Shown: positions 27,071 to 41,427 of the stretch, one piece after another
Layout of the letters: every line of letters starts with the position of its first letter
Position numbering within the stretch: the stretch's first letter is position 1
Source: Antedon mediterranea
Taxonomy: Eukaryota; Animalia; Echinodermata
DNA length: 64,000 nucleotides
Direction of reading: 5' to 3'
NCBI RefSeq assembly: GCF_964355755.1
Contig: NC_092677.1
Coordinates: 18,312,101 to 18,376,100 of the forward strand
Notes under the pieces: model-generated
What the model was told of the DNA's origin: nothing
Seen by the model: the letters and a program-made list of their open reading frames with translations, nothing else
Databases searched by the model: none
Program-made: the position numbers and the translations under genes

Positions 27071-30000
27071 GCATAATAAATATTTTTATTTTCTACTATA
27101 TAGACAGACGTCTGAATTTGTATTCAATTCAACTTTTATTTCAGAAAATTGTCCATATGGTATAATACATTACACAAAAAAAAGATGAAGGAGAGAGGAC
27201 CAAAACGTTTATCTATTGGTATATAATGCCTCTCTCCATTTGTAGTACATGTTTGAATCAATCAACAAATATATAAATTAAACGCATTCTGTTTTCGCTT
27301 TTCATTATTCTTGTAGAAATCGGTATGTTGAAATCCTTAAATATTCATAAAATGATGGAATATTGTTTTCCACAAACAAATTCCTCGCACTAACAAATCT
27401 GGGTTGTCACAACAACCGCCGGAAAGCATCATTATAACAAACTTTAAGTCGGTTGATATCTTTTTTTAAATGATTGTTTTAAACAAGAAATATTTCTTAC
27501 AAAAAACACCGCTCGCTTGTTGACGTACCAGTTTTTAAAGATATATTGTCTGAAAAATATTTTTTTTTGTCAAATTTGTTTTTGAATGTGTCATTTTATT
27601 TTTATTTATATATATACATAATAGTTATTCACATTAACCAAAAAAGTATTTACCTGAAAAAATGTAATTTTAAAGCAGAACATACTGTCTGTCAGACACT
27701 GGTTTTTTGGTTAAAATTAAACGTTGCTTTTCTCTCTTTATAAGTGAATAGTTTTTTTTGTATTTGAAGTAAAATACAACAAGAATTTATACTTTGAATT
27801 GAAATTGAGAAATAAAAATACTGAATCTGTAAAAGATGATGTGCTTATTAAATAATTTAAATAAAAATGTCTAAATAATATGTTAAAGCTAGTATTAGAC
27901 CACTAAACAAACTCAATTTTTGTCACTTTAGTTTATTTTATTGCAATTACTTCAAGTCTGGGGGTCACTTCATCAAACTTAGATGTCAACAAGTGATAAA
28001 TGGGACATATTCAAGTGTGAACAAATTGTCCTACTACAAACAAAAACTTTACTATTGACTGTTTTGATCATAATTCAATGATCTGACAGCATTATAATAT
28101 CAGCCTAGATTGACAGTCAAATGGAAGTCAATGTAAATACTGGTATATAGCCAAAATAAAGTTTTGATTATTTGACAGTGAATTATTATAATACCGACCT
28201 AGGCTGACATCAAGAACAAAATCATTATTTATTGAAAAATATTTTACAGATTACTGTCTAGATGTATCTCAATAATAGTGTATTTATCAGCAAATGTTTT
28301 CATAGACTCTCTTCTCCCGAATGTGCTTTTGGGTTTATAATTTTAGCATGACCCATCCTACAGAGTTTACAAATTATCAAAAATGTCAGCCTCTAGAACT
28401 ATAGCTACCGCTTCTGAATGAGTATGTCGACCTCTTGGGACTAAAGGCGCAGTGTGAAAAGTAACCAGTTTAAAATAAATCAGTTGTTAGATTTCCTTGG
28501 CATAATTGCTGCTGCTTATTCTAGTATTATTGTCTTCATTTTACATGGGATATGCAATGTATGGCCATGAAAGTATTGACAAAAAAAACAAACAAACTCA
28601 AATACCAATGTTTATTATACCAAACTCGCCACCACCAAATATTTTATAACAAACTCATACAATTCTGTATTCATAGTTTATTTAGCTAGAGAGAGCAGTT
28701 ACAATATTGCTACCAAATTAAATAATAAACATTTTTTTTAATGGAAAACCCAACACCAATACTCATATCTGTAGTGTAATTTAGATAAAACAGGAAATTC
28801 AATGTCAACAATAGACCTACTAATATTTAAATTAAACATTTTGCAAAAAGTGATGTACAGTATGCAATACATATGGAGTACTCAGTATGTCAGAATGAGA
28901 TCAGAACTATAACATAATGAAGTTAACATTTTTGAAAATGACAAAGATATTAGTACTACATAAAATTAAATGGCTACTAAAAATAACTACTCCAATAATA
29001 ACATTACTTATATTAAAATATTCACAAGCCTGAAATTACAGTTATAAGTGGAATGCTCCATGACTCATCTTAATCTTAAATAATCAATTGTCGTATTCGA
29101 TTGGGACTTTTGGGACCGTTGCGTACAGTTTTTCTGTTGAGTACTTATTTAACAGAGTATTTTTAGCTTAACGAAAAAGCTTGCGTTTTCTATTCAAATG
29201 ACTTTCTGTGAGCACAATTTAACATTCGAATCCAAAAATTATTCAACGATTCTTTATGTTGACAACGAAAGTTCCCATTCGAATATGACAATTGATTAGC
29301 TAATATTATCTAGACTTCGTCTATTTTATTATACATGTATCTATTTTGAGTTTACTGCATTCCATTCAATGCCAATTGTCCGAGGACAGGATGTATAGTG
29401 CTAGCATTATAGTTTAAAAAAATGGTAACAGTCTATGTAATCAGGCTATTTTATTGACGAAATTTAATATAAAATAGAAAGCAAATAACAATTGGGAATG
29501 AACAAGTTAATTGATGTTCAAAATACAAAATTAATACACTTCATGGAAACATGACAATTGTTTAATAGTTGATACACGAAAGTGTCTATCATCATTTAAA
29601 AATTAATTAGATGCAATTAATTTGCTTGCTACCTACATACCAAATATGCAAATATTTTAGTGCTATTTAGCTGATTAAGATGTGAATATGTTAAGTTGGT
29701 GGAATGTGATAGAAAACGACAATTTGGTCATTACAATTATTTAATCAATATTTCTGGTCAATGTTATACTTGGTCACCTAGTCTATATGGAATGTGTCAA
29801 TCAAAGTGTTAGTGGCAGTAAAACATGGTCAGTATAGACACCATAATGGATATAGACCGATATTATAAACAATTTATTAACGTGGTATGTGTATCAAGGA
29901 ATCTTTTTATTGTGTATTTATAAATTAAACAAGGTGACAGTAAATAATATTCCATGCAACACTTAATGTCCTTATTAGTTGTAATAGTAAATACATAACT

Positions 30001-30908
30001 CAAAAACTTTGAAGTTTTTCTTTTTTGCATTACTATCAATCAATCATATGTAAGGTACATAATATGTAAGGTACATATATGGCAAAAATATATAATATAT
30101 AACATTACAAGAATTCACCTACTGTACAGTTTGTAAATATACTTTAAAAATAAAAACAGTAAATAGGCCTATACCAATAATTGTTAGAACTTTTAAATTG
30201 ATTAAAATGATATTGTGGCATAATTTATTTATCTTTGAATTATATTAAACAATGAGGTCCCATTTAAAAAATAATCTGACAACAAAAAAACTCATTAAGA
30301 ACAATGAATTAGATGCATGCAACATTCATAGTAACTCTCCTGTGGTTTAAAGCGGTAAGCCTTTCATGAGAAAAGAAATGCTAAGATGTACACATGCATA
30401 AACACAAATATTATATATCATTATCACATCAATATATAGGAATTCTGAATTCTATCAGAGATGCCCCAACTTTAGATGGACATATTAATGTTCAACATTA
30501 CTACAGCAACATGCTTCTAAAATGATAGCAGTACTGGTATGAAAAGAATTATATGCCGCATCAATATATAGGAATTCTGAGTACTATCAGAGATGCCCCA
30601 ACTTTTGATGGATATTAATGTTTATATCCACTATTTACTTTACATTTACTAACATTCAATAACTTAGTTAAGACTGGAGGCTTTATTTAACAAATAACAA
30701 AACATATATTGTAATCAACTTTGGAATGTGGGGTGGGTGGGCTCTTATTCTTTGTTGAATAGTTTTTGTATTTTTATCGCTGGTTTGTTTTAAATTGTTT
30801 TATAATTTTACTGTTATTGTATTTTGTGGGAGAACAGTTTTTGACGCGGTCACCCAGTGTAAAGAACAAATAAATAAATAAATAAAACTCGCTTTAAGCT
30901 TGATATTC

Positions 30909-31027
30909 TTATTTTGCATCATGGTTTGGCCAGAATTGATTCTTGATCTTTCTGTGGCAGCAACCACAGATGATAGCACACAGGAGTATAAAAACAATTA
31001 TAAATATCCACCAAAGCCTGGTTTCAC
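30909..31027 (-). CDS. EGF-TM gene last exon: TM helix and short tail (GETRLWWIFIIVFILLCAIICGCCHRKIKNQFWPNHDAK*)
   Basis: TTTCAG acceptor, phase 1 matching the EGF exon, TAA stop at 30909-30911. Confidence 0.8.
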
Positions 31028-32529
31028 CTGAAACGCAATTTGTAAATATTATTTACAAACTAAAACTAAATCTCCCTATATTTTGATTGTTGGGAGTCCT
31101 GGCATTGCATGGATCATACATGTACATACACCATCATATGTACAAACCTGGACGAACAAGACACAATTATGCATGCAGGTTTAGCTGTATGAAGTATGCA
31201 AAGCAGTTGCTCAGTCAACTCAATTCTCAATTCAATGTCATGTTATTATATTACATAGCCCATGTAAATACGTGAACGTAATTGGTTGAAACTGTATCAC
31301 ACGACTACCGCTGCGAGGATCGTAAATCGTATATATCCTCGAGTACGATGATATTGACCGAGTAATTTACGCGTAATTATCGTGTCCCTGTCATTAAACA
31401 TATAAAATCCAGCAAATTCTCGAGTACAATGATATTGACTGTTCAATTTTTGTGTGGCAACACTCGCATTTGGTGATAAATAAACAAAAGTCATCTACTG
31501 AGACTTGAACTTGCGACGATTTGTCCACACCATTACAAGACGTGATGTGATGAAAGACCGTTTGTGATTGGTTAATACTCACAGTAGTAACTCGGTACGC
31601 GCGGCGCGCTGAACATCCAGTGATCCGGCTCCTCGAAGAGGAAGAATTATTATTTATTCGGCCTACCTGATAATAATTTTATTATTAATTTATAGGCTTA
31701 TTGTAGGAAATTCTTCTGTTATTCATCATCATCATACCATCTAGTACTGTACTAAGTACTATTGTAAATGTAATTGTGAATAAATGGGGACGTGAATAAT
31801 CCTGATGACGTCATGTTTGGAGAAGTTTTGTTGTTGTATTACACATATAAGTAAATGATTATAAATATAATTATATTTATAGTTGTTAATTTTACATGGA
31901 CCTATAAATCAATTTATAGGTCCATGGATTTTCATGGGTTTGTGGATGAACTGATTTTCATGTTAGTAACGATTGAGGTCTAAAATTCACCTTCTTAGCA
32001 ACTTTCGCATGGTCTATTTGTAAAGAGAATTCATATGCATGAAGAAAAATAGTTTGCGGTAAAAATGATATTAAGTACAATTTTAGAAGAAGCATCCATT
32101 ACATGTGAGATTTTATAAAAACAAGTCAGGCCTGCTACGGGCTCCATTTGTACCAAATTCCATGCAAATTTTTAACTCAAAAATTGTTAGATCATAATAG
32201 CGCAAACACATAATTTATATACCGTATATATTTTAAAAAGTTATACAGATTTGAAATGGGAATATAACTCTTAACCTAAATATATTATTTTTATGTGGGA
32301 TTGATTTTAATGAATGTTTTTTAAATTTGTAATTTTGTTCCATGTATGATGTAATTGTGAATGTTTTGTTTCTTTTACTATATTTTCTGTCAAGGAAAAC
32401 ATGTACACATTTTATATGGAACAAGTAAAGATTTGATTTGATATGATTTTATACCACTTTAAGAAGCCTGGAATTTCAATTAGAATATGGTTGATCAAAT
32501 GAAGTAATAGTAATAAAAAAATACAATAC

Positions 32530-32640
32530 CCGATTCATTCTCACACCTGTCACCTTCGTAGCCTGAATTGCAGGTACACACAGGTGGCAGTTCACTATCA
32601 TCGCATGTTCCTCTATTGTGACAATAGCCAGGACATGAAT
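32530..32640 (-). CDS. EGF-TM gene: EGF-like domain exon (DSCPGYCHNRGTCDDSELPPVCTCNSGYEGDRCENES)
   Basis: Six cysteines with the CxC and GYxGxRC pattern. 111 nt, phase 1-1, strong pyrimidine tract. Confidence 0.88.
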
Positions 32641-32801
32641 CTAAAAAAACAAAACAAAAATACAGTATGTGCTTTTTAGAGGGAAGAATAAACTTGTTTG
32701 TAGAAGAAAAATTAGCATTATCATAAAATTATATTTAATAATAAAGATATTTGTTTATCAATATTTTTGACTACTATTGTTTGTCATTGATAATTGGCCT
32801 C

Positions 32802-33314
32802 CGCCTATATTATATAACACCTAAATAAATTCCTGTCATTGGATTGGACGATCGTTTAACAGTACTTTTTTCGTGTACGAAAAAAAAAAATCTTTTCGCA
32901 TTTGTAAAATATTTTTTTTATACTATTGCTTTTGAAATACAACAGCGCCACCTATTTTGAACTTTCGCAGCGAATATTGAATGGTTTCGCGATGGAAGTA
33001 CATTTTTGGATTGATATATGTACTAATTTAGATCAAAAAGGCATTTAAATTATTTAGATCGTTTTTTTTTTAATTAACATCTCTACAAGTACAAGACGTG
33101 GAATCATTGGGAAAACATAATTAGCCTAGATGAGTTTCAGTTTCCAGTCGAAGTTTTGTATTTTTTGCTGCCTTTCAGCCTATAGTCACAGTATTGGTCT
33201 TTTTTAAAAAGTACTATTTAACAATTTTTAAATAGTGAGTACTATTTCATGCCATGTGACCCACAATCGTCCAATCAAATGACAGGAATTTATTTAGGTG
33301 TTATATAAAAGGCG
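32802..33314. mobile_element. MITE with about 45-50-bp TIRs
   Basis: TATATAACACCTAAATAAATTCCTGTCATTGGATTGGACGAT and its near reverse complement at 33265-33307. Confidence 0.75.
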
Positions 33315-33994
33315 ATTTATGTTACAGTATATTGTATATACTGTATACTGTAGCCAAATATCAGCAGACATGGCTGGGTAGGCCTATCTGCTGGGTCGCG
33401 GGCTAGCCTGCTCAGTTAGGAGTAGCCTAGCGTTATCAACTTACTATGCCAAAGAATGACCGTATACAGGTAAATAATTATGATTAATGTTTCCTTAACC
33501 ATAAAATATTTTAATAATTCTACCGTTTACAGTAATGATATTACTAGCCATTCATCTTCTTTAACCTGAATAGCTGGATGTTTGCCACACGTACTAGTAG
33601 CTTCCTTGAGATTTGACCAATCGCAAACGATCTTTTTGTTGCATTTATAGAAGGCGTATAACAAAATGAGTGAAAATTATACTTTCAGAGCACGCCATGT
33701 ATGCATAGAATTGTTATTGCAAGCCAAATGTGGCTTGAAGAGTGGAAGTCTCTGGGAGTAGTAACAGTATATGTTAGATTTTTATTTGTCTATTATATGG
33801 CAAACACGAATTGCTACACTGGATTTTATATGTCTAATGACGGGACATGAACATTTCAGTCCAAGTCAAAATAACAGTCCTTGTGGATCTATAATGTTTA
33901 CTATTCTCAAAACAGTAGTCATGTGATTCCATTTTGATATTTACATTACAGGCTATATAATATATACATTGCCTTAGTTAGAGGTTTAATATAA

Positions 33995-36054
33995 TGTGGG
34001 AAACCGGAAGTACCGATAGGGGGATCTATACTGGAACCATTCAGGGGTGACGGACATGCGCGGTAGAATAATTTAGACCGGACTATATATAGCGGCCCGC
34101 ACGTGGGTACAGGTTGTGCATATCCATTGTGGCTGAGTAGAGGCAGTTACTATGCCATTTAAATTGTCAGTTATTCGTTTTCAGGTACGTTGTAATACTA
34201 TCATAGATTAAGATATGAATCATTGAATCAATTATTGTATTTAGTCACGGTAATGAATAGTAGTATTGTATTAAACGTGTTATTTATGCTCATATGTAAT
34301 TGTAATTGATGGTAGAATGACTCGCCGATACACAATGTGCGAGTTCGGATTCCAATATGGCGACCAATATAGTGGTCGTATGTAGTTGTGAATAGTATTA
34401 TGTTAAGAATCTGGTTTACATGTTTATTAACACTTTGACTGCCAAACACGAAGATCTTTGTTTTTGGAAACACAACGCTTGACTGCCAAACACGAAGATC
34501 TTCGTGTTTCGCGTTTTTTTACGAAATCCGGTAGATAGGTTAATTATTGGTATATACTATAAATATGAACACTGTATTCGGTTTGGAGCGTCAATATTTT
34601 ACTTTTTGAAAGTAACTAATCTGGTTACGAACGATTGTCAAAATGGTACCTGTCGAAATAACATACACCGCGCATCACAGTAGCGCGTACAGCGATGGTT
34701 TGGCGCATTGTGTATCGGTCGCTTGCTAGCTATGCCGCCGAAGCATTACAAAGGCTTTTGCAGATTGGCATGTTTGTTTGTTATCTCTGAATAAAAAATA
34801 ATGGATTCATTTTCAATATGAAGTCTTTAATTTTATTATTGTATGTATACCCTAATTGTTTTGGTGTTTTACTGTAAGTGGCCGAGTTTAACGAAACAGA
34901 CTTGTTTAGAAATGGTATGAACATTATCATCAGTTTACTAGCTAGGCTAGTACGTAGTACTAGGCTAGCCTAGGCCTAGTCGTAAAACGGCTCTGGACCA
35001 AATTTAGGCCTAGTTAACTACAGTAGGCCTGGTGTCTTTACTATGTAGATTTTGGCAAAACATTGATGTAAGATTTATGATTTATAAAATGCAATACATA
35101 TTTCGATAGTGATAACTTGTTTTTATAGGCCTATCGGTGCCGTGTAAGTAACTTTTTTGTTGTTTGTTGATCTCACCGGGCGATATTTTCATAATTGTGA
35201 TTGTCCTGCACAAAATCGCGAATATCTCGACTTTCTTGCGCGAAACTAAAAAAGTGGGTTACTTTCATTTTACTATTACAATTTACATATTGCGATTTGA
35301 AAATCGTTGTTGGTACCATTGTAAAGCTAAAATCTTTATGATTATTTTAGACTAAATTACATGTAAATCAGATCACATACATAGTTTCAATCAGCTTTAA
35401 AAAAACATCGAATTGGGCTAAAAACACTGGCGGTGGTCGTTTCTAACTGTAAAAACCTCTGGCAGTCAAAGTGTTAATAGATAGGGCTGAATGGAGATAC
35501 AGGTAAAGATGTGTATGCACCATTCCAAAATTAACATAATCCAGGTATAGATGTGGTTATCACTTGTTATATATAATTGATAATAATGTAACACTTATGC
35601 GATGTGTATGTATTGTACTAAAGATAACGTAATGTGTATAACAATGGTTAGCAATTGTGGAAATGTGGATTATTATGTATGTTTGTTTGTTGTATTTATA
35701 GGGGGTTTTTTCCAAGAGATGGCTGATTGTGGCTGATTGTAGTTTATGTGATAAATGCCAGTGAATATGAATGTGAATCCGGTTGTGGCCGATTGTAGTT
35801 TATATATAATAAATGCCAGTGAATATGAATGTGAATATGAATAAATGAAATACTGATGGAAATCAATGCTGCCTTCATATGATTGTGTTCGACTGATCTC
35901 GAACTACCACAATAACATACACACAAAGTAGATTTGATTGGGGATTATGGGTCACATGATAATGTTCTATTGCACTCTTAATTACGTCATCAAGAGTGTG
36001 ATGTTATATGCGAGAGTACTGCACTTCTTTTTGCATGTTCATTATTGTTCCACA
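33995..36054 (+). mobile_element. Possible solo LTR interrupted by a piggyBac-like MITE
   Basis: TGTGGGAAAC...GTTCCACA termini and a TATA-like TATATATAG at about 34084. No TSD found. Confidence 0.3.
34431..35473. mobile_element. piggyBac-like non-autonomous element
   Basis: TTAA|CACTTTGACTGCC ... GGCAGTCAAAGTG|TTAA (13-bp TIR, TTAA TSD), with a duplicated left subterminal block. Confidence 0.85.
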
Positions 36055-36696
36055 GTTTGAGCAATTCCACCAAAAACCTTATTTTTACCTCAAACTTTCC
36101 AAATTCCATCCGTTTAATAAATAATAATAATAATAAATAACATTTATAAAGCGCAAGAGACAAAGGTTTCAAAGCGTTTAAATCCAGAAAGAATAAGGCA
36201 TTGCACAGATAAAAGGCAAATATTACAAAGCTCTAAACAATGAATGGCCATATAAATGCAAGTAGTGTATTTCATATTATTAAATTCAGGTGCACTGAAA
36301 TATACTTTGTAATACAATATTCACTAACTTACATTGAACAAAATGAAATCACAACAAATTTTGTACATTTGAGTTGTTTTTCAATAATATTGTCGAATTT
36401 GTCTTTATCCTGAGATTTAAACCCAGTCACCATTTTTGTAGATAACAGTTTCAGTGATTTTTTTTTTCACAGTCAGACTTTAGAAGCCAATAAATGTATG
36501 AGGGCGTGTATGAGTAATAGACATTTATTTTAAATAATGGTTTGGATTAGAAAGACAAAGAGTTGAAAACCAAAGACAAAGTCATCAGACTATCTGGCGG
36601 ACCGGCAATAAACTAACTAACTAATGGATAAAAATGAATAGACCATTTGGAGTTTTTTTTAGAAGCATTTTATTAGAAAAACTATATTAGGTTTAC

Positions 36697-36744
36697 CTTT
36701 GGGTTGTGATGTTGCATTGTTTGTGGCAGCTGTGATCAAGCCCA
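36697..36744 (-). CDS. EGF-TM gene stalk exon (VGLITAATNNATSQPK)
   Basis: 48 nt, phase 1-1, TACAG acceptor and AG|GTAAAC donor. Confidence 0.7.
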
Positions 36745-37285
36745 CTGTATAAATAAATAATAAGGAAAAACATTTTTTTAATGTAACTTTAGAAAGATAT
36801 ATGTTCTTTCAGAAGGGTGACAATGGCATTGGGATCCATATTTAATACAATGATAAAGAAAAGAATGAGTTTCAAATTATGTACATTATCAAAAAAGTCA
36901 TTTGACGTTTAATATTCCAACAAAGCTACAATAATGATTAAGTTTTCACCTTTCTGTTGTCCTATGTGTGTGTGTGTTTGTGAACAGCCTGAAGGCCACA
37001 GTTTTTATACACATTTTATCAATCTATGACCCAAAATCCGGACCCTGTGGACACCTCCTGGTTCTGCCCAGAACCTTCTGAAAGATGTTATGGGTTCTTT
37101 AAAGTACACACAAGCCAGCAGGTGTATGTACACTAGATGCTGACTGACAGTCAAACTGGCAGGCAAATTTGTACACTAGCAGCATATTATTGTATATAAA
37201 ACATTTTATTTTTGTACCATAACCGGTGTTCTTACACCAGGTGTTTCCGAATTTGGAAAAAGAGGGACAAACTAAATAAAGTTAC

Positions 37286-37348
37286 CTTCTGTAGATTCTG
37301 TGGTTGTATCATCACCGCCACCAGTATTGTTTGCGCCAGTAAAACGGT
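37286..37348 (-). CDS. EGF-TM gene stalk exon (RFTGANNTGGGDDTTTESTE)
   Basis: 63 nt, phase 1-1, TTTTATAG acceptor and AG|GTAAC donor. Confidence 0.7.
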
Positions 37349-40080
37349 CTATAAAAAAGGAAAATCATTTTTAAAGACAAAACTTTTCTTCCAGAAATAA
37401 AAGCTGTGGGACATCATTATTTTACTGTCTAAATAAAAATAAATGAACTTGATAAGGTGAAAAAAATGAGAAATATAATGCTCACTATTCATCATTACTC
37501 ATTGCTAGTGTTAGATATTTGTTAGAACATTAATGTTGGTTGACACACATCAATAATGTAATTACCAGTAATTACATATCTGTGCAGTGAATTTGATATT
37601 GTGTTTTTTTGTATTAAACCACTATTTGGTAAAATACATTGAGCACAAAGAAGAAAGGAATTTAGATACAGTATCAGTCAGGTTTAATTTAAGAGAGTCA
37701 ATTATGTATTGAATGATTTATTGTATCAAATTCTTTTCATGAGTGAATAAAGATGCACATTGTAATCTTTATTTTCATGTGAAATCAAAATTGTCTCTCC
37801 AAGTGCACAATCATATAAATCTCCTTTCAGTATTGCAATGGTACACTAAAGGGAGACCATACAACATTATGGAAAAATGCACCTAACTACTAGTACTAGC
37901 ACCATAAAGTGCTAAACTTAACATAATGTACTGTAATTTCCTGCTTTGGAACCATTATAGAGTATGATGATGACTGGTTTGGTTTTTAGTACAAATAATT
38001 AACTACTAGTGTAGGTGGGTATGTCTTTATGTGCATTTCGTGTATACTTTTTGTTAAAAGCCAACTTTGACTTAATTTTATATCTTGATAATAAAGGAAT
38101 GAAAAAAAAATGTTGCCATTTTTTCTAAAGACATTTAAAGGACCAAATTCAAGATGGAGGCCAACATTCAAATAAACCCTATTTCAAATCAGAACCAATA
38201 ACACAAATTATGATTGTGGAACAAGTCCATTTTATGGTATTACCCATCATACAATCTTAACTATGTAAAGCTTGGATTTTAAAATGGCCACCACTAAAAA
38301 TTAAATTTTTTAAATAACATGTGTGCATAAATTGTTGTTTGTACACAATGGTTGTGGTATAAAAACTCATGTACTAGGGAAAGGCAAGATATACCTGGTG
38401 ATTTATTTAACTCGTTCTACCACCAGAACAATGGAGCGAGTGAGCCTCGAACCCTTGCCGATGTTATGGCTACGTAATTACGGTTCCACTGTTTTAACCG
38501 CTTGGCCACTTACTCATGATGACTCTTGCCCAAGATGAGTGGAGGACAGAGATGACATCAAGAAGTAATTCTTATTTTGACCCGGTGTGCTAGGCCTATG
38601 GCTTTTGACAATGATTTCTGCACACATGGACAACTCAAGGACAGAGTTTATGAGAGGAAATTTATGTGTGACAAAGGGATTTGCTGGATTTACATCAATT
38701 AATCCAGATCGCTGGACTGAACAAGATTGTTAACTCAAGGTCATTGAGCATGGTTTTATTGGTATAACAAAAATTAATGATTTCATCAGATCTGGCAAAT
38801 CTAGTTGATGAGTTTGAAAGCCAACATTTAAAGAGAGATGACAGTAGGAACGGCATCCTGATTAATGAAGAATGCTCTCACAGAGGTGTTTGCTGGCCAT
38901 GGCATGATGACATTTCACAGAAAATGTTTGAGGCATTGGTAATAGTCTTGTAGTAGGCAAACTGTATGGGATCCTAAGAAAAGGACGAATATTGGCGACA
39001 TACATACGATGGTGAATACAGGTGACAAACTTATCAAAGTAAAAGAGGACTCTCCTTCTCCTATAGAGATTCTTTGTCGTATCACGTAGTCAGCCGGTAT
39101 AGTACTGTATGTGAGTTTGGCGTTATTCCATGTGCACTTTTTACTTCAGACTGGTTACTTCTTCCATCTTTTAGTATATGACAAAGATAATATCATTCAT
39201 TATCTAGAAGCACACTGTAATACATTTCAACAGATGAAACAATACAACCGATAAACTAGGACGTAAAATCAGATCAGTATACAATTAATATTATTATTAT
39301 GGTTAGGTGCTAGTAAACTCAATCTATAAAACATTTGAATGAGGTATTGCAGTGCTTTTGCTGATTTCTTTCTGAACAAGCTTGTTGGTATCGCAGATCA
39401 GTCTGTTTGATGGATACAAAATAGTAGAGAGCGAAAGGAAGGTCAACTTACTATATCACATTCAAGACAGCTCACTGATTAGAAATATTTCATTGAAGGA
39501 ATTTGGCAGAGTTAGTTGTCATTTAACTGAAGACATTTATGAGATGTTTAAATGAAGTGTACTGTAGGCTGCCTGATGGTCACCATTTTGTTTTAATCAC
39601 CATGTTTTTGCAATATGCCTATCATTTTGTTTACAATTTTAATAAGAAAGTTAACCCATTTCTTTTTTAAAATGGCAGCTATCTTTTTTTAAATCATGCC
39701 ATTCTGTGTTAATCACCATGTTGTTGTAATAGGCCTATCATTTTGTTTGATTTCAATCAACGTTATAACTTGCAAACTTTTTAATAAGAAATTGAAATTC
39801 AAAAAGTCAGAATACTGATGAATGTAAGTTTAAATAGTTCTTATATATCAGGGAAGCCATATGACATTAATTTCAACTTGAAATATTTTTCATAATGGGT
39901 GTTACTTTGTCCAATATGGTACATTTATTGGATATTTTATGTATTGGCGGCCATCTTGGATTTGACACCCTTAAGCTTTTTTTTTTAAATGGCAACATAT
40001 TTTATATAAGATAAAAGACACTAAATCAGCTGGAATTTTGCTTTAAACAAAAAAATTACACAAAATTACATAGTTGCCTA

Positions 40081-40476
40081 TGTTATGCGCGATTTGCGCA
40101 ATTTATAATTGCGCAAAGAATTCTTGCGCAATTTCAAATTGATTGAGGATTTTCTTGCGCAATCAACTTGCGCAATTTCAAATTGCGCAAGAAAATGCTT
40201 GCGCAATTTCAAATTGCACTGCACAATTTGTAAATTGCGCAAGATAGTTCTTGCGCAATATGACACCTTTGCGCAATTTGAAAACGAACTGTTTGTTATT
40301 TTTGTTATTGTACTCATTTGTTGTTGAGAATGGTACCGAAAGGTCGATCTTTTTTGCCATTAAATTTAATTTTTAAGTTAAATAGTAAACGTCTAATAAT
40401 TCGTAATAATTATTGTTTCTAAAAAAAATCCAATCGCAATTTCAAATTGCGCAAATCGTTCAAATAGCGCATAACA
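40081..40476. mobile_element. TGT...ACA TIR element with a 4-bp TSD (Ginger-like), carrying a TTGCGCAA palindrome array
   Basis: CCTA|TGTTATGCGC ... GCGCATAACA|CCTA, with 11 perfect TTGCGCAA copies. Confidence 0.8.
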
Positions 40477-40612
40477 CCTACATTTATATACTGTAAGTGT
40501 AAACTTGCTTCATTTTTCTAAATAATAATACTGTACAACAAATAAACAACCAAATTATTTTAAAAATAACTATACAGGACAAGAAAAATATTATGTATGT
40601 ATACTGTATGTA

Positions 40613-41280
40613 CCGTACTGACGCGGGTATAAGCCCATACTCGGGTATAAGCCCACCCCGACTTTTGACTAATTTTCATGAAATATTAGGCACTCGGGTA
40701 TAAGCCCACCCATTAATTCGAAGATCTACAGTGTGTGTCGTAATACATTATTTTGTATTTGGGGACGTCCATACACCGAATACACCTACCTTTGATCATA
40801 ACCAAGCTAGGCTAATATACGCTAGGCCATATGAGGCCTAGCGGTCCTGTTTTGTTTACACTCCATCGCGGTCGAAGATCGCTTCACACACGATGATGCT
40901 ACAAGTCGCCAAAACGGAAAACCACTATTTGGTATCGGCTGCCATAAACAAGCTTATTAAATTTCTTTGGTACATTTCTATTTAACGAACATTGTATACT
41001 TGCTTTTCTGCTTGATAAATTCTTGTTCAATTGATGTTTAAAATAAGATATTCTACGATAAATTACACAAACTATAAGCTTAATTTTCCACTCTACACCT
41101 CGTGTATTAGGAGAGGCAACGTCGTACATGTACGTGAGGGCATGGAATACACGACATCATGTGCTGTTTTTGACGATCTGCATTTTTGGATCCTCGGGTA
41201 TAAGCCCACCCCCCAAACTTGACATGATTTCATGTTCAAGGGGGGGGGGGGGGGGTGGGCTTATACCCGCATCAGTACGG
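40613..41280. mobile_element. Tc1/mariner (pogo-like) MITE
   Basis: TA|CCGTACTGACGCGGGTATAAGCCCA ... TGGGCTTATACCCGCATCAGTACGG|TA, with internal CGGGTATAAGCCCA repeats. Confidence 0.85.
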
Positions 41281-41427
41281 TATATAAATGTAATAATTGT
41301 TCAATTGCATAATTGACTTTCATACAGATATAGTAATAGTAGGAAAAAATAAAAAGAAATCTAAACCTAACCGGCATCTGGAAAAAATAATTATGAACAC
41401 CATTAATAATAATGGTACAGTACTTAC

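Noticed and set aside
32530-32640. Naming the EGF-TM gene as TGFA, HBEGF or spitz
   Set aside because: Cysteine spacing and exon structure differ from canonical EGFR ligands, so no symbol was assigned.
38090-40060. Decayed DNA-transposon ORF (Academ-like subterminal GGCGGCCATCTTGGATTT motifs)
   Set aside because: Too degenerate to translate or delimit with confidence by eye.
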